A stretch of DNA of 53,622 nucleotides from Chiloscyllium plagiosum (Eukaryota): contig NC_057719.1 in the NCBI RefSeq assembly GCF_004010195.1, forward strand, positions 95,127,190 through 95,180,811, given 5' to 3'. The notes beneath the pieces are model-generated. The model saw nothing but the letters and a program-made list of their open reading frames with translations, made no database searches and was not told the origin of the DNA. The translations under genes were made by a program, and so were the position numbers. Positions 1 to 13,244 of this stretch are shown here, piece after piece; position 1 is the first letter of the stretch; every line of letters begins with the position of its first letter.

Positions 1-633
1 GTTGCCACTCGGGTGGATAGAGCTTGTAAGAAGGCCTATGGTGTATTAGCGTTCATTAGCAGATGGATTGAATTCAAGAGTCGTGAAGTGATGTTGTAGC
101 TGTACAGGACTTTGGTTAGGCCACAGTTGGAGTACTGTGTGCAGTTCTGGTCGCCTCACTTTAGGAAGGATGTGGAAGCTTTGGAGAGGGTGCAGAGGAG
201 ATTTACCAGGATGTTGCCTGGAATGTAGAGGAAGTCGTACGAGGATAGGTTGAGAGTTCTCGGTCTTTTCTCGTTGGAACGGCGAAGGATGAGGGGTGAC
301 TTGATAGAGGTTTATAAGATGATCAGAGGAATAGATAGAGTAGACAGTCAGAAACTTTTTCCCCGGGTACAACAGAGTGTTACAAGGGGACATAAATTTA
401 AGGTAAAGGGTAGAAGGTATAGGGGAGATGTCAGGGTGGGTTCTTTACCCAGAGAGTGGTGGGGGCATGGAATGCGCTGCCTGTGGGAGTGGTAGAGTGA
501 GAATCTTTGGTGACTTTTAAGCGGCAATTGGATAGGTACATGGATGGGTGCTTAAGCTAGGACAAATGTTCGGCACAAGATCATGGGCCGAAGGGCCTGT
601 TCTGTGCTGTATTGTTCTATGTTCTATGTTCTA
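1..633 (+). mobile_element. CR1 LINE 3' end (ORF2 C-terminus + 3' UTR), 5' part outside window
   Basis: Translates to CR1 ORF2 C-terminal motifs (LYRTLVRPQLEYCVQFWSP, LGLFSLERRRMRGDLIEVYKMIRG) with stops; ends in GGGCCGAAGGGCCTGT and a (TGTTCTA)n tail. Confidence 0.92.
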
Positions 634-985
634 AGCTGTGATGGTATTGTTACTGTTGGCACTGCCCAATGTATACAGCAAACTGTGATGGTATTGTTAC
701 TGTTGGCACTGCTCACTGTTTAGAGCAAACTGTGATGGTATTGTTACTGTTGGCACTGCCCACTGTGTGCAACAAGCTGTGATGGTATTGTTACTGTTGG
801 CATTACTCACTGTATGCATCAAGCTGTGATGGTATTGTTACTGTTGGCACTGCTCACTGTATGCAGCAAGCTGTAATGGTAGTGTTACTGTTGGCACTGC
901 CCACTGTGTGCAGCAAGCTGTGATGTTAGTGTTACTATTGGCACTGCCCACTGTGTGCAGCAAGCTGTGATGGTATTGTTACTGT
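633..985. repeat. 47-bp minisatellite, ~7.5 copies
   Basis: Unit AAGCTGTGATGGTATTGTTACTGTTGGCACTGCCCACTGTGTGCAGC starts at 633, 680, 727, 774, 821, 868, 915 and 962. Confidence 0.95.
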
Positions 986-1876
986 GGTCCCCAATTTCCC
1001 CCCAGATGTAGTCGACGATGCCCCCCACCACATCTCCTCCACTTCCCGCTCCTCCGCCCTTGAGCCCAGCCCCTCCAATCGTCACCAGGACAGAACCCCA
1101 CTGGTCCTCACCTACCACCCCACCAATCTCCATATACATCGTATCATCCGCCGTCATTTCTGCCACCTCCAAACGGACCCCACCACCAGGGATATATTTC
1201 CCTCCCCACCCCTATCAGCGTTCCGAAAAGACCACTCTCTCTGTGACTCCCTCGTCAGGTCCCCACCAACCCAACCTCTACTCCCGGCACCTTCCCCTGC
1301 AACCACAAGAAATACAAAACTTGCGCCCACATCTCCCCCCTTACTTCCCGCCATGGCCCCAAGGGATCCTTCCATATCTGCCACAAATTCACTTGCACCT
1401 CCACACACATCATTTACTGCATCTGCTGCACCCGATGTGGCCTCCTCTATATTGGGGAGACAGGCCGCTTACTTGCAGAAAGTTTCAGAGAACACCTCTG
1501 GGACATCCGGACCAACCAACCCAACCACCCCGTGGCTCAACACTTCAACTCCCCCTCCTACCCCACCAAGGACATGCAAGTCCTTGGACTCCTCCATCGC
1601 CAGACCATAGCAACACGATCCGCCCCCACCCCCACTCTGGCCTATTACCCTCACCTTTACCTCCTTCCACCTATCGCATTTCCAATGCCTCTCACCCAAG
1701 TCCTTCCTCCCTTCCTTATATCTTAGCCTGCTTGGCACACCTTCCTCATTCCTCAAGAAGGACTCATGTCCAAAACGTCGATTCTCCTGTTCCCTGGATG
1801 CTGCCTGACCTGCTGCACTTTTCCAGCAACACATTTTCAGCTCTGATCTCCAGCGTCTGCAGTCCTCACTTTCTCC
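986..1876 (+). mobile_element. Penelope-like retroelement (Neptune-type) 3' fragment: linker, GIY-YIG endonuclease, pLTR (family A)
   Basis: ORF 984-1610 has PLVLTYHP...RIIRRHF...LSAFRKDHSLCDSLVRS. A frameshifted continuation reads FTCTSTHIIYCICCTRCGLLYIGETGR...HFNSPS (GIY-YIG). Ends in the family A terminus with a decayed hammerhead core at ~1751-1783. Confidence 0.88.
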
Positions 1877-2310
1877 TAATCTTCCTCTAGTCATTCTTTT
1901 CTTCCTGATATACCTATACAATGTTTTAGGGTTTTCCATGATCCTATCTGCCAATGACTTCTCATGTCCCTTCTAGACTCTTCTTAGCCCTCTTTTTAGG
2001 TATGTCCTGGCTAACCTGTAACTCTCAAGTGCCTTCAAGTCTCATCCTAATATAAGCCTTCTTCTTCCTCTTGACAAGAGACTCAACTTCTTTAGTAAAC
2101 CACGGCTCCCTCTCTCGACAACTTCCTCTCTGCCTGCCCGTTCATACTTGTCAAGGACCTGCAGTAGCTGTTCCTTGCAGAAGCTCCACATTTCAAATGT
2201 GTCCACCCCCTGCAGTTCCCTTCGCCATCTGATGGATCCTAAATCTTGCCTAATTGCATCATAATTGCCTTTCCCCCAGCTATAACTCTTGCCCTTCATA
2301 AGGGCATACT
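1877..2310 (-). mobile_element. CR1 LINE ORF2 internal fragment (EN-RT linker)
   Basis: Minus-strand peptides WGKGNYDAIRQDLGSIRW and ADRIMENPKTLYRYIRKKRMTR are typical of the CR1 ORF2 linker. Confidence 0.8.
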
Positions 2311-2837
2311 GTGTCAGGATATAGATCTTCACAAAACACCAGCTCATTTCCAACCAGTGTCATGTATCATTGCAGCATTACATCCCTGAATTGGTATTCA
2401 GTCCCTCCCCCAATGAAGAAAAACATCTCACATGTCTCCATATTCACCTTATCTTCCTGTCCTGCCACCTTCAGGGCCTTTACAGTCATGCACTCCAAGT
2501 TCTCCACTAACTCTATCTCCCTCGATATCCTCCCATTTATTGTGTATTCCTTCGCTTTGTTTGCATCCCCAAATGCATCACCATACAAATCTCCAGACTG
2601 AATTCAACTTACCTCTTCCCACCCACTGTTACCATCATGAAGTTGATAGTCATCTTCTTCATGATCAACTACAAGTTGTCTGCAAACTCCCTAATTGTGC
2701 CTTCCACAATGGAAGTCTAGACTGTTAACATATGCCATAATCAGCACAACACTAATCCTGAAACCTACTGAAAGCTACTTGCCATTCACAATATCACCTG
2801 TCAACTGTTTTTCTTTGTAACCAATTTTTAAATTCAC

Positions 2838-3560
2838 TGGTGGGCATCGCTGGCTGTTCAGCATTTATTACCTGCCCCTAGTTCCTTTGAAAAGATGGTG
2901 GTAATGAGCTGCTTTCTTGAACTGCTGCAGTCCACCTGTTGTGGATTGACCCACAATGCTCTTAGGGAGAGAATTCCAGGATTTTGACTCAGTGACAGTG
3001 AAGAAAAGTTAATATATTTCCAAGTCTGGATGGCTTTCCCATGTCTCGGCTGCCCTTCTTGTTCTAGATGGAAGTGGTCATGGATTTGGAAGGTGCTGTC
3101 TAAGGATCTTTGATGAACTTCTGCAGTGAATCCTGTAGATAGTCCACACTGCTGCTACTGAGTGTCGGTGGTGGAGCAAGTGGATGTTTGTGGATGTGGT
3201 GCCAATCAAGCGGCTGCTTTGTCTTGGATGATGTCAAGCTTCTTGAGGGTTGTTGCAGGTGCACCCATCCAAGCAAGTGGGGAGTATTCCATCACACTCC
3301 TGTAGCCTTGTAGATGGTGGACAGGCTTTGGGGAGTCATGCGTGAGTTACTCACTGCAGGATGTCTAGCCTCTGACCTGCTCTTGATGTCATTGTATTTA
3401 TGTGGCTTGTCCAGTGAGTTTCTGGTCAAAGCTATCCCCATAATGTTGATAGTGGGGGAATTCAGTGATGGCAACACCAGTGAATGTCAAGGGGCAGAGG
3501 TTAGATTTCTCTTATTGGAGATGGCAATTGTGTGGCATGAATGCTACCTGGTACTTAGCC
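2838..3560 (-). mobile_element. L2/Crack-like (CR1 superclade) LINE 3' fragment
   Basis: Reverse complement matches the element at 48860-49440 (PQSLSTIYKA...VMEYSPLAWMG) and its 3' UTR. Confidence 0.7.
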
Positions 3561-4526
3561 AATGAAGAAAAGCAGGATGAGCTCCAGCTGACTATCAGAT
3601 CAGTTTATCAAAGCTTGCATCAATCATTCAGTTTTGTTCTAGGGTGCAGACCCTTGCTGCACTCAAATGGGTCATTAGTGTCAAAGTAGCCACCCTCGTG
3701 TCTCAATCTTATATATTACATTTTAAAACAATAAATCAAGTGGATCCTCTTGCTGCTCATATGCACATCATGTTTTGATTTAATACTGTTACAGATTTCC
3801 TATCACTGGTTTATAAAGGCAGGAGTATGTTCTAGCTAGTGCATTTTCACTACTTTTTCTTTTCACCCCATCAATGGTGACATGGAAAATAATGCTGAAC
3901 AATGTGGTGTTGCCTTGCTAACACTGGATAGTATTTACATTTATACAGAATATTAAATGGCATAATCAACAAAATCCAGATGATGACTTCAAAAGAAGCT
4001 AGCAATGCAGGACCAAACAAACAGGCTGACATTTTAGCTGTGGGCTAGAGGCAAGGTGTGGTCATTGTTTCTTGCTGAGGATTTAGTGAAATCCTCTTGG
4101 TATAAATTATTAAAATGCGTTAAAGTTGCCGTTTTGCCATTTCTCAAGGACTCCTGCAAAATGTCCACCAGGTATAGTGGGGGGGAATCAGGAAAGGTTT
4201 GCCAAAACTCCACCATAAATGTTGCATTTAAAATCAATTCTACAGGGAATTATTGTAAAAATGATACATTTTATGAATAATATGTCGAATGAGGTTGTAG
4301 AGACAAACATCATATTCAATACTTATATGGGAATCCCAAAGAAGAATAAGCTTCATTGACTCAATGCATTTTTTTTGTTCTTCATTTTGCTTATACTTTT
4401 ACAAATCTGTTAGAGTGGTTAAAAAGAATTGAGTTGATTTTCTAGCTGTGGTAAATGTAGTCCTGTCCAAAAATATATTTGTAGATGCATCTCTTTGAGG
4501 GCAAACAGGCAACACCGAAAAGTGCA

Positions 4527-4660
4527 AAGGTGTGCAATTAGTCATGGGAAATGCAGATTCATAGGGATAGGGGTTGGGTTTGGATGGGATGCTCTGTGGA
4601 GGGACAGTATGAACCAAACGGGCCGAATAACCTGCTTCCATACTATAGTCATTCTATGAA
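4527..4660 (+). mobile_element. Degenerate SINE 3' half (HE1/V-SINE-like)
   Basis: Resembles the 3' part of the SINEs at 17829 and 34147 (GGGATAGGG...GGGCCGAATAACCTGCTTCC...ATTCTATGA). Confidence 0.55.
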
Positions 4661-5429
4661 TAAAGCATTAACACACTGACTATCAAGTATTGTGCAAAAC
4701 AATTCTTCTTTACAGACTAGGCGATTAACAGCTTAAAAGTAACACGATACATTCTTTACAAAACAGAAACAGCAGAAACTTAATGGAATGATATTGCACA
4801 ACTGCTTCCACTGATTGTGCTGACAGAAGACTCGAAAAGCTGAAATCCTGACTTTACAGATTAACAGGTATAGTTCTGAGGCCAAGAGAGAAGAAAATTA
4901 CTTCAGAACAACTCGAACAGCTCTTTTCATACCTTATTAAAAATTATTTTATTTTATAGAGGTTTGTTACGTAAAGATTAACACCCTTCAGTTTGTTAAA
5001 AACATGATCTAGAAAAGATTTTGTTGAAAGAAAATAGCCCAAAAGGTGCCCCCTTTGATAACAGCTAATTACGTAATATATTTGCGGTATCTTCTAAGTT
5101 TTATCTAAACGCTAACAAGTGTGAACACGTTAAGATTAAATATAAATAATATTGTATAGTTTCTGGCATTTGCAGTACTAGCCTAAGTTATTCCTATTTT
5201 TTAATCATTATTTTAAATTTTGGCAAGTTATTTAAATTTGGGGTCACTGACCACTTTAAAAGATGATTGCTCTGAAACGCTGAGTCAGTCACTAGTGGGA
5301 ATGGATGGTAAAGCAGTTGCCAGTAAAGCATTACAGACAATGTGGATTAGGCAGTAACAACTCCTTAATTCCCTTTCCAATGCAAGGTAAGGTTTGATGA
5401 CCTCACAAGGTTAGCTAAAGTGAAAAAGC

Positions 5430-5547
5430 AACAACAAAAACAGAAATCTCTGGAAAAGCTCAGCAGGTCTGGCAGCATCTGTGGAGAGAAACCAGAGTTA
5501 ACCTTTCAGGTCGAATGATCCTTTCTCAGCTCTGAAACATTAACTCC
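5430..5547 (-). mobile_element. Penelope-derived terminal unit, family B (decayed hammerhead)
   Basis: Reverse strand reads CTGAGAAAGGATCATTCGACCTGAAAGGTTAACTCTG...GATGCTGCCAGACCTGCTGAGCTTTTCCAG; homologous to 19956-20060 and 36583-36740. Confidence 0.75.
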
Positions 5548-6794
5548 AAGTATGTATGAAATGTTCAGGAGTGACACTTCCCTCTAAGAAAGATGTCAAT
5601 TGCTGCAATTCAAGCATTGCTTATTGAGACATCACCAGTTGACAAATGTAAGTGATGAGATTTTTAACTGTTTGTCAAAGTTAACAGTCTGTGACTGACT
5701 GACAATAATTAACATGCTTTGCCAAGTATGTAAATATTCCACACAAATCCATGGACGGACAGATTACAGGAGTAGGGACAAATGGAGGAGGCAGAGAACA
5801 CTTAGGGACTCAGCTAATTCTGTTGGAGATTAAGATGTGAGAGGGCCTAGTACACAGGGTTTGTGCTGACTAAATGCTCATAATCATTAATCAGAAATGG
5901 TTCTTTCTTGAGCCTTATATTCAAGGTGAAACATGAGATGAACAGTTAGAATATAAACTGTAAAGAAAGAGAATCATATCTTTATTCTTATCTCCACAGA
6001 AGCTTAGAACTTAAAAGATATTTCAGAAAGAGAGAAGAGATCAAGAATGGAACTCAGGTCTCCATCCCTTATGGACTGAGACCACCTATAATGGAGCTAG
6101 ATTTGCTGATTGAGAAAGAAATCAAATTATGATGAGGGTACAAAGAGCATAATTGTTTGTGGCATTATGCATTTACGCTGCTGATTGGAGAGCTGGCAAG
6201 AGGCATAAACTGCCACTATTTGGGAACGTCTGCCAAACCAGGCAGTGTCAAGGCCACCTAACGGCCTACTTCTCTTACCATGAGCAGCCAGCTCTTCTGC
6301 TCAGCTGCACCACTCAGAGGCTGCTGTAAAGGAAGGCTTTAAAGTCTCAAGATTGATGGATGACCCAACATTTGTGCGGTGGGGAAGGATTTGGGTGAAA
6401 TTGTTAGCAGAGGGGCAGGCAGCAAGGACAGTGGAGAGGACTACCTCTTGCCATCCCTTCCTAATGTTCGGGGTCACTCAACCACCATCACCACCAGTCA
6501 GCCCCCTCAATGACAAGCTACATGACTATAGCTGCCCTATGGCAAAAGGCCCCGGATTAATGTCAATGACATTGGGAGTTAGCCCTCAAGTGGCTTTTAG
6601 TCAACCACACCCTTTCCTGCCCAGAACCTCCCCCTAGCAGAGACTGGAAGATGGCCAGGTTCAGGTATGACAGTGTCCTGCCTAATTACATAAAACCTCC
6701 TGCTTACAAATCACCAACCAACCCACAAGATTCTACCCAATACTGTCTGCAAAGGGATATTGAGAGGTTGAGTGAACGCACAAAATATGGAGTT

Positions 6795-7978
6795 TCGGGA
6801 ATGAATGTGATTTAGTGATTTGGATCAGAAATTGGCTAGCTGAAAGAAGCAGAGGTTGGTGGTTGATTGGAAATGTTCATCCTGGAGCTCAGTTACCAGT
6901 GGTGTGCGGCAAGGATCTGTTTTGGGGCCACTGCTGTTTGTCATTTTTATAAATTATCTGGATGTGGGCATAAAAGGATGGGCTAGTAAATTTGCGGATG
7001 ACACTAAGGTGGGGAGAGTTGTGGATAGTGCCAAAGGATGTTGTGGATTACAGAGACATAGGTAAGATGCAGAGCTGGGCTGAGAGGTGGCAAATGGAGT
7101 TTAATGCAGAAAAGTGTCAAGTAGTTCACTTCAGAAGAAATAACAGGAATGCAGAATACTGGGCTAATAGTAAAATTCTTGGCAGTATAGATGTGCAGAG
7201 AGATCTCGGTGTCCAGGTGCATAAATCCCTGAAAGTTGCCACCCAGATTGATAGGATTTGTAAGAAGGCATATGGTGTGTTGGCGTTTATTGGTAGAGGG
7301 ATTGAGTTTCGGAGCCACAAAGTCATGCTTCAGCTGTACAAGACACTGGTAAGGTCGCACCTGGAGTATTGCGTACAGTTCTGGTCACTGCATTATTTGG
7401 TAGAGGGATTGAGTTTCGGAGCCACAAAGTCATGCTTCAGCTGTACAAGACACTGGTAAGGTCGCACCTGGAGTATTGCATGCAGTTCTGGTCACTGCAT
7501 TATTGGAAGGATCTGGAAGCTTTGGAAAGGGTTCAGAGAAGATTTACTATTTGTTGCCTGGTTTAGAAGGAAGGTCTTATGAAGAAAGGCTGAGGGAACT
7601 GAGACTGTTTTCGTTGGAGAGAAGAAGGTTGAGAGATAACTCAATCGAGACATATAAGATAATCAGAGGATTAGATACGGTGGATAGTGAGAACCTTTTT
7701 CCTTGGATGGAGGAGACATAGCCTTAAATTGATGGGGGAGAGATATAGGACAGATGTCAGAGGTAGTTTCTTTACTCAGAGAGTAGTAGGGGCGTGGAAC
7801 ACACTGCCTGCAACTGTGATAGAATCACCAACTTTAAGAGCATTTAAATGGTCATTGGATAAACATATGAATGAGAATGGAATAGTGTAGGTTAGATGGG
7901 CTTCAGATTGGTTCCACGGGTCGGTGCAACATTGAGGGCTGAAGGGCCTGTACTGTGCTATAATGTTCTATGTTCTAT
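6795..7978 (+). mobile_element. 5'-truncated CR1 LINE (RT C-terminal half + 3' UTR)
   Basis: SGVRQGSVLGPLLFVIFINYLD...SKFADDTK RT motifs and WQMEFNAEKC; (TGTTCTA)n tail; contains a 107-bp tandem duplication. Confidence 0.92.
7290..7503. repeat. 107-bp direct tandem duplication inside CR1
   Basis: 7290-7396 is repeated at 7397-7503; the copies differ at GCGTAC vs GCATGC. Confidence 0.93.
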
Positions 7979-8361
7979 GAGTCTGCTCCACCATTCAATC
8001 ATGGTTGATAAATCTCTCAACCCCATTCTCCCGCTTTCTTCCCATAACCTTTGATCCCTTTACAATTAAGAACATATCTATCTCTGTCTTAAATATACTC
8101 TCCACTTACTAAACAGTGCAGTTTTAATAACATTCAAGAACCTCTACACTATCTGGGGCTCAACAGCCCACTTGATGAGTATCCCCCATCAGCCATGATC
8201 AAATAGCAGAGCAGATGTAATGGGCTGAGTGACCCAATTCTGCTCCTATATCTTATGATCTTAAAACTGAACATCTACGTTTCTGGTATTGAGACAGGCT
8301 CTAAGGTAATGAGGGATATGGGTGCATCAGGTTCCAAGCGATCGATTGAGAGGTTAAGTGA

Positions 8362-11300
8362 ATGCACGTGATAGGGGCCTCTCTAGTCAGAGGCACAGGC
8401 AGATATTTCTGTGACCAGCAGCAAAAAATCAGAATGGTGTGTTGCCTCCCTGGTGCCAGGATCAAGGATGTTTCAGAGAGGGTGCAGAATGTTCTCACGG
8501 GGGAGAGGAGCAAACAGGAGGCCATTGTACACATTGGAACCAACGACATAGGAAGGGAAAAGAATGAGATTCTGAAGGGAGAATATAGAAAGTTAGGCAG
8601 GAATTTAAAAGGGAGGTCCTCGAGGGTAGTAATATCTGGTACTACGAACCTGTGAAGGTAGGAATATGAGGATAGAGCAGATGAATGCATGGCTAAGGAG
8701 CTGGTGTATGGGAGAAGTTCACATTTTTGGATCATTGGAATCTCTTCTGAGGTAGGAGTGACCTGTACAAGAATGATGGATTGCCCCTGAATTGGAAAGG
8801 GACTAATATACTAGCAGGGAGATTTGCTAGAGCTGCTCAGGTGGGTGAACTAGTCGGGTGCGGAGGGGGGAACACAGGGAGATAGTGAGGAAAGACTGGT
8901 ACAGTTGGGAAAAGGAGCTAGTCAAACAAACAGTCAGGGTAGGCATTGACAAAGCAGAGAGCAACGTAGGACTGATAAAGTGAAGTGCATTTATTTCAAT
9001 GCAAGAGGCCTAACAGGGAAGGTAGGTGAATTCCAGACTTGGTTCGGAACATGGAACTGGGATAACATAGTATTACAGAGACATGGCTCAGGGATGGACA
9101 GGACTGGCAGTTTAATGTTCGAGGATACAAATTCTACAGGAAGGATAGAAAGGGAGGCAAGGGAGGAGGGGGAGTGGCATTTTAGATAAGGGATAGCATT
9201 ACAACTGTACTTAGAGAAGCTGTTCCTGGGAATACATCCTGTAAGTATAACAGGGTGGTTATGGTAGGAGATTTTAACTTTCCAAAGATAGACTGGGACT
9301 GCCATAGTGTTAAGAGTTTAGATGGAGAGGAATTTGTTAAGTGTGTACAAGAAAACTTTCTGATTCAGTATGTGGATGTACCTGCTACAGAAGTTGCAAA
9401 ATGTGACCTACTCTTGGGAAATAAGGCAGGGCAGGTGACTGAGATGTCAGTGGGGGAGCACTTTAGGGCCAGTGACCATAATTCTATTAGATTTAAAATA
9501 GTGATGGAAAAGGATAGACCAGATCTAAAAGTTGAAGTTCTAAATTGGAGGAAGGCTAATTTTGACAGTATTAGGTAAGAACTTTCAAAAGCTGATTGGG
9601 GGCAGATGTTCGCAGGTAAAGGGACGACTGGAAAATGGGAAGCCTTCAGAAATGAGATAACGAGAGTTCAGAGAAAGTATATTCCTGTCAGGGTGAAAGG
9701 AAAGGCTTGTTAGGTATAGGGAATGCTGGATGACTAAAGAAATTGAGGGTTTGGTTAAGAAAAAGAAAGGAAGCATATGTCAGGTATGGACAGGATAGAT
9801 CGAGTGAATCCTTAGAAGAGTATAAAGGCAGTAGGAGTATACTTAAGAATGAAATCAGGAGGACATGAAAAAGCTTTGGCAAAAAGAGATAAGGAGAAAC
9901 CAAAGGTATTTTACAAATACACCAAGGACAAAAGCGTATAGGGCCCCTCAAGGATCAGCAAGGCGGCCAATGTGTGGAACTGCAGGAGGTGGGGGAGATA
10001 CTAAGTGAATATTTTGCATCAGTGTTTACTGTGGAGAAGAACATGGAAGATATAAAATGTGGGGAACTTGATGGTGACGTTTTGAAAAATGTCCATATTA
10101 CAGAGGAGGAAATGTTGGATTTCTTAAAATGCATAAAGGTGGATAAATCCCCAGGACCAGATCAGGTGTACCATAGAACACTGTAGGAAATGAGGGAAGT
10201 GAGTGCGGGAGTATTTGTATCATCGATAGGCACAGGTGAGGTGCCAGAAGACTGGAGGTTGGCCAACGTAGTGCCACTGTTGAAGAAGGGTGGTAAAGAC
10301 AAGCCAGGGAACTATAGATCAGTGAGCCTGACATTGATGGTGGCCAAGTTATCATGGGATTCCTGAGGGACAGGATTTACACGTATTTGGAAAGGCAAGG
10401 AGTGATTAGGGATAGTCAACATGGTTTTGTGCGTGGGAAATCATGTCTCACGAAGTTAATTGAGTTTTTTGAAGAAGTAGCAAAGAGAATTGATGAAGGC
10501 AGAGCAGTAGACATGATCTCTATGGACTTCTGTGAGGCATTCAACAATGTTCCTCATGAGAGACTGGTTAACAAGGTTAGATCTCATGGAATACAGGGAG
10601 AACTAGCCATTTGGATACAGAACTGGCTTGAAGGTAGAAGACAGAGGGTGGTTGTTGAAGAGTTGTTTTTCAGACGGGAGGCCTGTGACCAGTGTTGTGC
10701 CACAAGGGTAGTGCTGAGTCCACTGCTTTTCGTCATTTATATAAATGATTTGGTATGAACATAGGAGGTACAGTTAGTAAGTTTGCAGATGACATCAAAA
10801 TTGGAGGTGTGATGGGCAGTGAAGAAGGTTACCTTTGAGTATAATGGGATCTTGATCAGATGGGCCAATGGGCTGAGGAGTGGCAAATAGAGTTTAATTT
10901 AGATAAATGTGAGGTTCTGCATTTTGGGAAAGCAAATCAGAGCAGGACTTATACACTTAATGGTAAGGTCCTGGGGAGTGTTGCTGAACAAACAGACCTT
11001 GGATTGCAGGTTCATAGCTCCCTGAAACTACAGTCGCAGGTAGATAGGATAGTGAAGAAGGTGTTTGGTATGTTTCCCTTTATTGGTCAGAGTATTGAGT
11101 ACAGGAGTTGGAAGGTCATGTTGCAGCTGTACAGGACATTGGTTAGGCCAATATGGCATGCAATTCTGGTCTCCTTCCTATTGGAAGAATGATATGAAAC
11201 TTGAAAGGATTCAGAAAAGATTTACAAGGATATTGCCAGGGTTGGAGAGTTTGAGCTACAGGGAGAGGTTGTATAGGCTGGGGCTGTTTCCCTGTAGCAT

Positions 11301-11698
11301 CGGAGGCTGAGGGGTGACCTTATAGAAGTTTTATAACATCATGAAGTGCATGGATAGGATAAATAGACAAAGTATTTTACCAGGGGTGGGGGAGTCCAGA
11401 ACTGGAGGGCATTGGTTTAGGGTGAGAGAGGAAAGGTAAAAAAGGGACCTAAGTGGTAACCTTTTCACACAGAAGGTGGTTCGGGTATGGAATGAGCTGC
11501 CAGAGGAAGTGGTGGAGGCTGGTAAATTGCAACATTTAAAAGGCATCTGGATGGGTATATGAATAGAAAAGGTTTAGAGGGATATGGGCCAAGTACTGGA
11601 AAATGGGACTAGATTAGTTTAGGATTGCTGGTCAGCATGGATGAGTTGGACCGAAGGGTCTGTTTCCGGCTGTACATTTCAGTGACTCTATGACTCTA
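8362..11698 (+). mobile_element. Long decayed CR1 LINE: ORF1 SGNH-esterase part, APE endonuclease (internally deleted), RT, 3' UTR
   Basis: ORF1: VIGASLVRG, CLPGARIKDV, VHIGTND. ORF2: KCIYFNARGL, VMVGDFNFPKIDW, SDHNSI, KSPGPD, QHGFVRGKSCLT, KFADD. Ends with a (GACTCTAT)n tail; many stops and frameshifts. Confidence 0.93.
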
Positions 11699-11759
11699 TT
11701 CTTGCCCTCCATCACCAATGCACAATTACAGCCATGTGAAGCATCTACAAAATGGCCTA

Positions 11760-12540
11760 TCCCACATCCTTAGACTGTGACCCCTGGTTCAGGACTCCAC
11801 AGTCATCAGAAACTTCCTACTTGTGTCGGTTTCGGTGAGATCACCCTTCATTCTTTTAAACTCCTGTGAATAAAGTCCTAACTGATCTCATTTCTCCTCA
11901 TATGTCAGTCCTGCCACCCCATGAATTAGTCTGGTAAATCTTCACTGCACCCCCTCCATGGCAAGCACATTTTTCCTTCGATAAGGAATATACACAATAT
12001 TCCAAGCATTATCTAATCAAGGCTTGTACAATTACAGTAAGACATTTCTGATCCTGTACTTGAATCTTCTTGCTACGATGGCCAACATGCCATTTGCCGC
12101 CTTCACTTCCTGCTGCCCCTACATGCTTACCTTTCAGTGACTAGTGCACAAGGACTAGTCACTGGTCTCATTGCACTTCCCTCTTTCTCAACCGATTGTT
12201 ATTCTGAAAATAAACTCCCTTCCTGTTTTTGCCTCAAAGTGGATAACTTCACATTTACCCACATTATACTTCATCTGCCAAGCATTTGCCCATTCTCTCA
12301 ACATGTAAATCACACTGAGATATCTTACATCCATCTCACAGTTCATCCTTCCACTCAGCTTTGTGTTTTCAGCAAACTTGCAAATATTACACTTAATTCC
12401 TTCATCTAAATCATTTTTATATATTGTGAATAGCTGCAGTCTAAGCATTAATTCCTATGCTACCCCACAAATCACTGGCTATCATTCAGATATAGATCAG
12501 CTTATTCCAAGTTTGCCACCCAGTTCTCTCTCTGTCTCAA
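11760..12540 (-). mobile_element. Old CR1 LINE RT fragment
   Basis: Minus ORF LFTIYKNDLDEGIKCNICKFAENTKL...WANAWQMKYNVGKCEVIHF. Confidence 0.8.
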
Positions 12541-13244
12541 TACTCTAACCCCAATCCCATGAACTTTAATGTAACATGCTCATCTCTTATTTGGGACCTT
12601 ATCAGCTTGATTTGGTTTGATCCACCCGTGCACCACCATAGACTTATATCATTCTTTTCTACTTTTTTTATCCAGGACTGACGTTCTGCACAACTGAACG
12701 ACCTTCCCATTACCAAAACCACTGAGACTTTTTTAAAACTAGTAACCACCATGAGTAAATCACCCATGTATGACTGATACTTTTTAAGTTTGGTGCGGGA
12801 CTCATTTTAGCTGTGTGAATAATTTGCATCGATTTATGTCACTGGTTATTAAAATACTATAAATTATGATTGTTAAACATATCTCTTTGTATGATTATTT
12901 TTCCTAAGAGTCCTCTTCATGAACAATATCCAAAACAGTTAGATCTTTAACTCTGAGCAATCTGTTAAAGTTTTAAAAAGTACATTTTCTGTGGGATATT
13001 ATAATGTATTAGAGATAAGTTTAGGTTTTAGCCAAATTACAGCAATTACAGACCAGTCAGGTTAACTTCAATGGTAGGGAAGCTTCTAGAAGCTTGTGGA
13101 GAGAATTAATAGTCACAGGATAGGTGGGAGGATGAACTATGAGGTGTGTTGATAAGTTATGGTTCATGAAGTAAAAGGGACAGTAGCAACATGGATACAA
13201 AATTGGCAGCATGATAGGAAATAGAGTCAATGTCAATGGATATT

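Noticed and set aside
633..985. CRISPR-like array
   Set aside because: Units are contiguous with no unique spacers, there are no cas genes, and the DNA is vertebrate.
1018..1890. 290-aa proline-rich ORF as a host gene
   Set aside because: It is an alternative frame of the C-rich Penelope fragment.
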